Assembly (NCBI GenBank): GCA_029858305.1
Contig: JAOUFI010000084.1
Span: 1 to 10,075 of the forward strand
Origin: Candidatus Thorarchaeota archaeon
GTDB taxonomy: Archaea > Asgardarchaeota > Thorarchaeia > Thorarchaeales > Thorarchaeaceae
DNA: 10,075 nucleotides
Reading direction: 5' to 3'
Notes under the pieces: generated by a model
Databases searched by the model: none
The model's input: the letters and a program-made list of their open reading frames with translations, nothing else
What the model was told of the DNA's origin: nothing
Position numbers and translations under genes: made by a program
Shown: positions 5,423 through 10,075 of the stretch, in pieces
Numbering within the stretch: position 1 is the stretch's first letter
Layout of the letters: every line of letters starts with the position of its first letter

Positions 5423-6598
5423 CTAGAAGATGCTAAAAATCTGCCCGAGTGGCGGAATGCAAATTATGAGAATCACCATGGAGATTGCGAATAGTGCAAT
5501 ACGACCTTTTGTGACCTTTACAGTATCATTTAGCGGACCAGGATGACCACCCCCACCAGACATTAAAAGAATCAGAAGTGCCATCGTAATGTAACCTATC
5601 AGGACCATGGCTATTATTGCAGCCCAACCAATGCGCTTGTGCCAAGTTGAATCTATAAGTGCTCTTAGGGCATGACCTCCATCAAGCTGCGCTACTGGGA
5701 AGAGATTGAGTGCTGTTACAAGCATTCCCACCCAAGCAGCAAAGGCAACTGGATGTAGATAGATTGTTCCGCCTGCAGGTATGAAATCTATGAAGAGGTA
5801 CTCCATTAATATAAAGAGGTATGGAACTGGTAGTGAGCCAGACTGATTGGGGAAAGCTTGTTCAATCGCAGCAAGTTGCTCAGCTGTGACAGGAATCGAC
5901 ATGAAGAATCCAAAAATCAAGACGACCATTGTCACCATAAATCCAGCAAGTGGCCCAGCAAGACCTAAATCAAGTAGATCAGAACGGTTTTCTGTGGGGC
6001 TCTTCTGTGATATGAACGCTCCAAATGTCCCTCCAATTTGAGGAATACCTGGAATGAAGTATGGAAGTGATGATTCAATTCTCAGGCGCTGAGCAGTCTT
6101 GTAATGACCCATTTCGTGTGTAAAGATAATTCCCATGAGAGCTGCCATGAAAATAATAGTCGTAAATGCGATATCCCAGATACTGTATCCAGATGGATAG
6201 AAGAGAGAGAGGAAAATCGGACTTGTTGCTTGAAGAAAGCCCCCAATTGCAATCGTAGATAGGGTGACAATGAAAAGAATATAGTTGATTCGATTATTGC
6301 CCTTTCCAGCCCTTTGCTCGGGAACAAACCGAATAATATACTCGCCTTCCTGTTGATTACGCCATCGCACGACAGGCCAAACCTTTAGAGACTTGGTTAA
6401 TCTTGATATCTCTTTGAAAGTTGCATCTTGTTCGTCATTCGATGGAATAAAGCCATCAGCCCACTGAATGACGAATGTTGGCAGACCATGTTCAAGGACA
6501 CTCATCTTGATAATGAATTTCCGTGATAGAATCTCATTTAATTCCGCAAATGTCGGATAAGAAATCACAGTGCTTGTAGGATCTTCATCAATGGACAA
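5423..6598 (-). CDS. Site-2 protease family (M50) intramembrane zinc metalloprotease
   Basis: HEMGH (HExxH), GTFGAFI, AGPLAG and LNLFPVAQLDGGH (NxxPxxxLDG) motifs with multiple TM helices and a soluble N-terminal domain. TTG start with GGAG upstream. Confidence 0.93.
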   Translation of the reverse strand: MSIDEDPTSTVISYPTFAELNEILSRKFIIKMSVLEHGLPTFVIQWADGFIPSNDEQDATFKEISRLTKSLKVWPVVRWRNQQEGEYIIRFVPEQRAGKGNNRINYILFIVTLSTIAIGGFLQATSPIFLSLFYPSGYSIWDIAFTTIIFMAALMGIIFTHEMGHYKTAQRLRIESSLPYFIPGIPQIGGTFGAFISQKSPTENRSDLLDLGLAGPLAGFMVTMVVLIFGFFMSIPVTAEQLAAIEQAFPNQSGSLPVPYLFILMEYLFIDFIPAGGTIYLHPVAFAAWVGMLVTALNLFPVAQLDGGHALRALIDSTWHKRIGWAAIIAMVLIGYITMALLILLMSGGGGHPGPLNDTVKVTKGRIALFAISMVILIICIPPLGQIFSIF

Positions 6599-6769
6599 TC
6601 AATTCTGGTCTCCAATTCATTCAGGACTTAGAAAAGGCTTCATTCGAACCATTATAAGAATATCCGCTAAGGCAGTTCGAGGCTTTACCTTCTGGATTCA
6701 AAAAATAGATTAATGTAGAAAGTGGGATTATAGGTTAGTGAGCATGTAACTGCAAACAACACCTCTGGG

Positions 6770-8725
6770 ATGGGATTCGTTGTGACTCGGAAAAGACTCA
6801 TTGTGTGTGAGATCTTAATTCTGGCAATGCTAGTTCTAATCATACCTCCCGCTACAGTCTTCTGCCATGATATAGCGAACCATCAAGACACTCATGATAG
6901 ATACATCAGTGCTAGTGACGTGATAATCATAAGTGATAATGATTGGATATCACAAGCATGGCCGGGTAACGGGACAATTGAATCACCGTATATAATCGAT
7001 GGGATTAACGAGGATTATGTAAAGATCTCTAATTCGACGAAATGGTTTGTCATTCAATTTTCAATGGTTCATGAACTAATACAATTTATCAATGTTACAA
7101 ATGGAAGGATTGAGTTCTCAATATTTCGAAGCTTGAGTGTTTATCAGTCAACGAATGTAACAATAGTTGGCAACACACAAGATGTCATTAGCCTGGACTT
7201 TGACTCATGCAATCACATTCTTATCGCAAACAATTCATTAAATGGAGTAGGTGTGCGCTATGATGGGGACAAAGGAATCACTACATCGTTCTCCTGTGAT
7301 GTTAGATTCCTAAACAACACGATAGGAGATTTTTACACTGGAATTGACATAGTCAATTCTTCGGACTGCTACATCCAAAAGAACTACATCACAATGTGTG
7401 GAATCTACACAGCAGTTACACCAACCCAACCACCAGTTCCTTTAAACGAGCGCGCATTCTCGCTCTCACAATCAGAATTTGCAACAATTGAAGGTGGAGG
7501 GATTAGGCTAGAGAATTGCACTAATTCGAAAATCACTAACAACACCATCGAAGAAAACGAAGGTAGTAACATTTTCGTGGGTACTAGCACTGACATTCTA
7601 ATCTACGATAATAGCATGACCAAGAATCGAAAGGGAATGATACTTCAAGAATGTACATCATTTAATATAACCTCAAATCTCATTGACCTTGGATTAACTC
7701 TATACTCATGTTTGTCTGGTGTTGTCACACACAACAGACTCCTATACAATGGACTTTTGCTTGAGGGAGCTTTAGAATGCCTAGTTCATTCGATTTCCAA
7801 TAATACTGTGGATGAGTCCCCAATAATCTACCTTGCTAATGTCAATTCTTACGCTATGGTATCTTCGACAGTAGCACAAGTGATTATTATCAATTGCACA
7901 CAGGTCATCCTTCAAGATGTAGCAACTGAAAACACCTTGGGTGTTCAGGTGATGTTTTCGGAGGCTTGTAGATTTCGATATGTTTCAAGTGGATATTTCC
8001 TCATTAGAGGTTGCTACGATGTGATGCTTGAAGATTCGCGTATTTATGGCTGGTCCGGATATGGTGTCGCAATTGATTCGTCTCTAACGGTGTTCATTCT
8101 AGAGAATTACATATCCTGTGGCATTCTAGTTCGGAATTACTCAAATAAGGTGTTTGTTAGAAATAATACACAGAGCGGAGCAAGAAGTAGTGCAATTAGA
8201 GTAGAGAGTGATTCTTCAGAGGTATTTATTGAACGCAATGATATAAGGATGTGCGGAAGGAACTCAGAATATTACTGGTACTATTCATACTATCCAGCTA
8301 TCCTTGTTATGGGCACAGACGGTTCTATAACAGAGAATACAGTTGTGGATAATTATGGGATTGGAATAGCTCTTCATGGTTCGAACATAACAGTTTGCTA
8401 CAATATCATCGCCAGGAATGGTCAAGGAAATGCTCTTGACCATGGTTCAGGTAACTTCTGGGATGATGGTGAAAGCCGTGGAAATACGTGGGGAGATTAT
8501 ATTGGATTTGGATATTATTACATTCCTGGAAGCGCGGGAAGTATCGATAGATATCCAAGTCTCAGCTCAGAGTTTATGGAACCCTATGTGATCATCACGT
8601 GGGCAGTCATTATTGGCACTCCATTGACATTGATTATCTTGGTTGGAATTCTTATCATCCTTCGACGGCGTAATAGAATACAAGCTAATAAACCGGTCCA
8701 AATCAAGAGAGTGGGATTGGGATGA
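6770..8725 (+). CDS. Secreted, C-terminally membrane-anchored right-handed parallel beta-helix (NosD/CASH-like) surface protein
   Basis: Signal-peptide-like N-terminus, WPGNGTIESPYII cap, many 'I.NN.I/T' beta-helix repeats, NFWDDG..GNTWGDY...IPGSAGSIDRYP C-cap, then a TM helix and RRRNR stop-transfer. Many N-x-S/T sequons. Confidence 0.85.
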   Translation: MGFVVTRKRLIVCEILILAMLVLIIPPATVFCHDIANHQDTHDRYISASDVIIISDNDWISQAWPGNGTIESPYIIDGINEDYVKISNSTKWFVIQFSMVHELIQFINVTNGRIEFSIFRSLSVYQSTNVTIVGNTQDVISLDFDSCNHILIANNSLNGVGVRYDGDKGITTSFSCDVRFLNNTIGDFYTGIDIVNSSDCYIQKNYITMCGIYTAVTPTQPPVPLNERAFSLSQSEFATIEGGGIRLENCTNSKITNNTIEENEGSNIFVGTSTDILIYDNSMTKNRKGMILQECTSFNITSNLIDLGLTLYSCLSGVVTHNRLLYNGLLLEGALECLVHSISNNTVDESPIIYLANVNSYAMVSSTVAQVIIINCTQVILQDVATENTLGVQVMFSEACRFRYVSSGYFLIRGCYDVMLEDSRIYGWSGYGVAIDSSLTVFILENYISCGILVRNYSNKVFVRNNTQSGARSSAIRVESDSSEVFIERNDIRMCGRNSEYYWYYSYYPAILVMGTDGSITENTVVDNYGIGIALHGSNITVCYNIIARNGQGNALDHGSGNFWDDGESRGNTWGDYIGFGYYYIPGSAGSIDRYPSLSSEFMEPYVIITWAVIIGTPLTLIILVGILIILRRRNRIQANKPVQIKRVGLG

Positions 8726-8795
8726 TATAGGCTTTTAGAGCCAAATGGAGTACGATGAAATCATCAAATACTCAATAATACTCTTCTGGGGTTAG

Positions 8796-10075
8796 CTAGA
8801 GTTCAAACTTGCTTGCGAACAAGAATGAACTGTGGATCACCTCAAGAAGATTCATGGGCTTCGTCATGGAGCCGATAGTTTCACTTCGAATACCTTTTTT
8901 TCTCAATTGTATAGCTAGCCGGTCTCTGGATTGAGGTTTTGTAGCTAGAACGACTGTGTCTGCATTAATATGACTATACTTCCCATCCTGAAGGACTGTG
9001 ATGTATTTCGTATCTATTTCTTCAACACGTGAATTTGGATTAAGTTCAACGCCTTTTTCTTTCAAATGTTTAAGAACGACCCACCTTGAGGTTCTTCCTA
9101 GGTCAACTCCTATCATCTCATCGGAATCAAATACTTTGACCTTGTCTGCTTTTGATGCAAGAGAAAGAGCAGTATAGCATCCGAGAGCTCCACCTCCAAT
9201 AACCAGAACGGTTCCAAGATCGTCTAGATCTAGTGACAATGCATCATATGCAGTGGTCACATGAGAACCCTCAACACCATCGATTGGCGGAGCTCCTGCA
9301 ACAGTTCCCGTTGCGCAAATCACACAATCATAATTTCCAGCAGAAAGAATCTTAACAGTCGCTAGCACATTCAGTTTAATCTCGACATTTAGATTCGCAA
9401 GTTCTCGTTCCATATAGCTAACGAATGCTGCAAACTCACCCCGGCCAGGAACCTTTGCCGCCAAATTTAGGAGACCACCAAGTCGATTCTGTTCTTCATA
9501 TATTGTCACATGAAAACCACGAAGGGCTAGTACTCGTGAGGCCTCCATACCGGCAGGGCCACCACCAATAACTGCTATATTTCCCGTTCCTGCAGGATTA
9601 AGGAATCTCTCGCTCTCATAACCAGCAAGAGGATTTATTGCACATGTGACTGGTTCCATCATGAACACATGATCCAAGCAACCTTGATTGCATGCAATAC
9701 ATGGGCGAGTTAGGTTTTGTTTGTCCCCTCTTGCCTTTTCAGGAAGTGTTGGATCTGCGATGAAGCCTCGAGACATTCCAATGAGTTGGACCTTCCCTTT
9801 AGCAAGAATGTGTTCTGCAACAGATACACTGTTGATTCTGTTACAAGCAATAACCGGAACACTAACTACCTCAGCGACACCTTCAGCGAGATAGGAATAA
9901 TACCCACGAGGGACGTCCATAGTTATTTGGGGGACGCGGGTTTCATGCCAACCTCCAGTTACATTTAGACAATCAACACCTGCTCTGACTAGTTTTGGTG
10001 CCAAAATTTTGTTATCATCAAGTACGAGCCCGTCAGGGATAAAATCCTCTCCACTCATTCGATACAGAATTGGAA
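8796..10075 (-). CDS. fadH: NADH:flavin oxidoreductase / 2,4-dienoyl-CoA reductase (FadH-like), 5' end outside the window
   Basis: The frame is open to the window edge (PILYRMSGEDF). GWHETRVPQI, the 4Fe-4S motif CIACNQGC-x11-C (CAINP), FAD-binding IAVIGGGPAG and second Rossmann VLVIGGGALG are present. Substrate specificity is inferred. Confidence 0.85.
   Translation of the reverse strand, partial: PILYRMSGEDFIPDGLVLDDNKILAPKLVRAGVDCLNVTGGWHETRVPQITMDVPRGYYSYLAEGVAEVVSVPVIACNRINSVSVAEHILAKGKVQLIGMSRGFIADPTLPEKARGDKQNLTRPCIACNQGCLDHVFMMEPVTCAINPLAGYESERFLNPAGTGNIAVIGGGPAGMEASRVLALRGFHVTIYEEQNRLGGLLNLAAKVPGRGEFAAFVSYMERELANLNVEIKLNVLATVKILSAGNYDCVICATGTVAGAPPIDGVEGSHVTTAYDALSLDLDDLGTVLVIGGGALGCYTALSLASKADKVKVFDSDEMIGVDLGRTSRWVVLKHLKEKGVELNPNSRVEEIDTKYITVLQDGKYSHINADTVVLATKPQSRDRLAIQLRKKGIRSETIGSMTKPMNLLEVIHSSFLFASKFEL

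Noticed and set aside
8258-8296. Tyr-rich loop as a diversity-generating retroelement variable region
   Set aside because: No template repeat or reverse transcriptase is present in the window.
2224-9968. Other short track ORFs (2224-2541, 2908-3147, 3200-3571, 4133-4360, 5087-5374, 5847-6041, 6082-6327, 7405-7596, 9688-9894, 9717-9968)
   Set aside because: They overlap confident genes on the opposite strand or in another frame. The Phe-rich 4133-4360 ORF simply mirrors the Lys-rich tail.

Overview
Archaeal chromosomal segment. It carries an archaeal-type TBP, GGTGA Shine-Dalgarno motifs, TATA boxes and a NosD-like surface protein of a style I associate with Asgard archaea, probably Thorarchaeia; the lineage is inference. 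Left to right it holds: a 5' fragment of an alpha/beta-hydrolase, a single-chain double retropepsin-like aspartic protease, arsenite methyltransferase (arsM), two small Cys-Cys ORFs missing from the ORF track, a divergent Cys-rich PadR-family regulator, tbp, a divergent zinc-ribbon/ribbon-helix-helix pair, a polytopic membrane protein with a Lys-rich tail, an M50 site-2 protease, a membrane-anchored beta-helix protein, and a FadH-like flavin oxidoreductase cut by the window edge. The most interesting feature is a compact candidate arsenic module with no ArsR in the window. A PadR carrying CCxxxCC and CxC motifs faces three copies of a TATTGGA-NN-TCCAATA palindrome. These sit in front of two translationally coupled three-Cys microproteins, one a clear duplicate of the ArsM N-terminus, followed by arsM. 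No mobile elements, CRISPR arrays or RNA genes were found.
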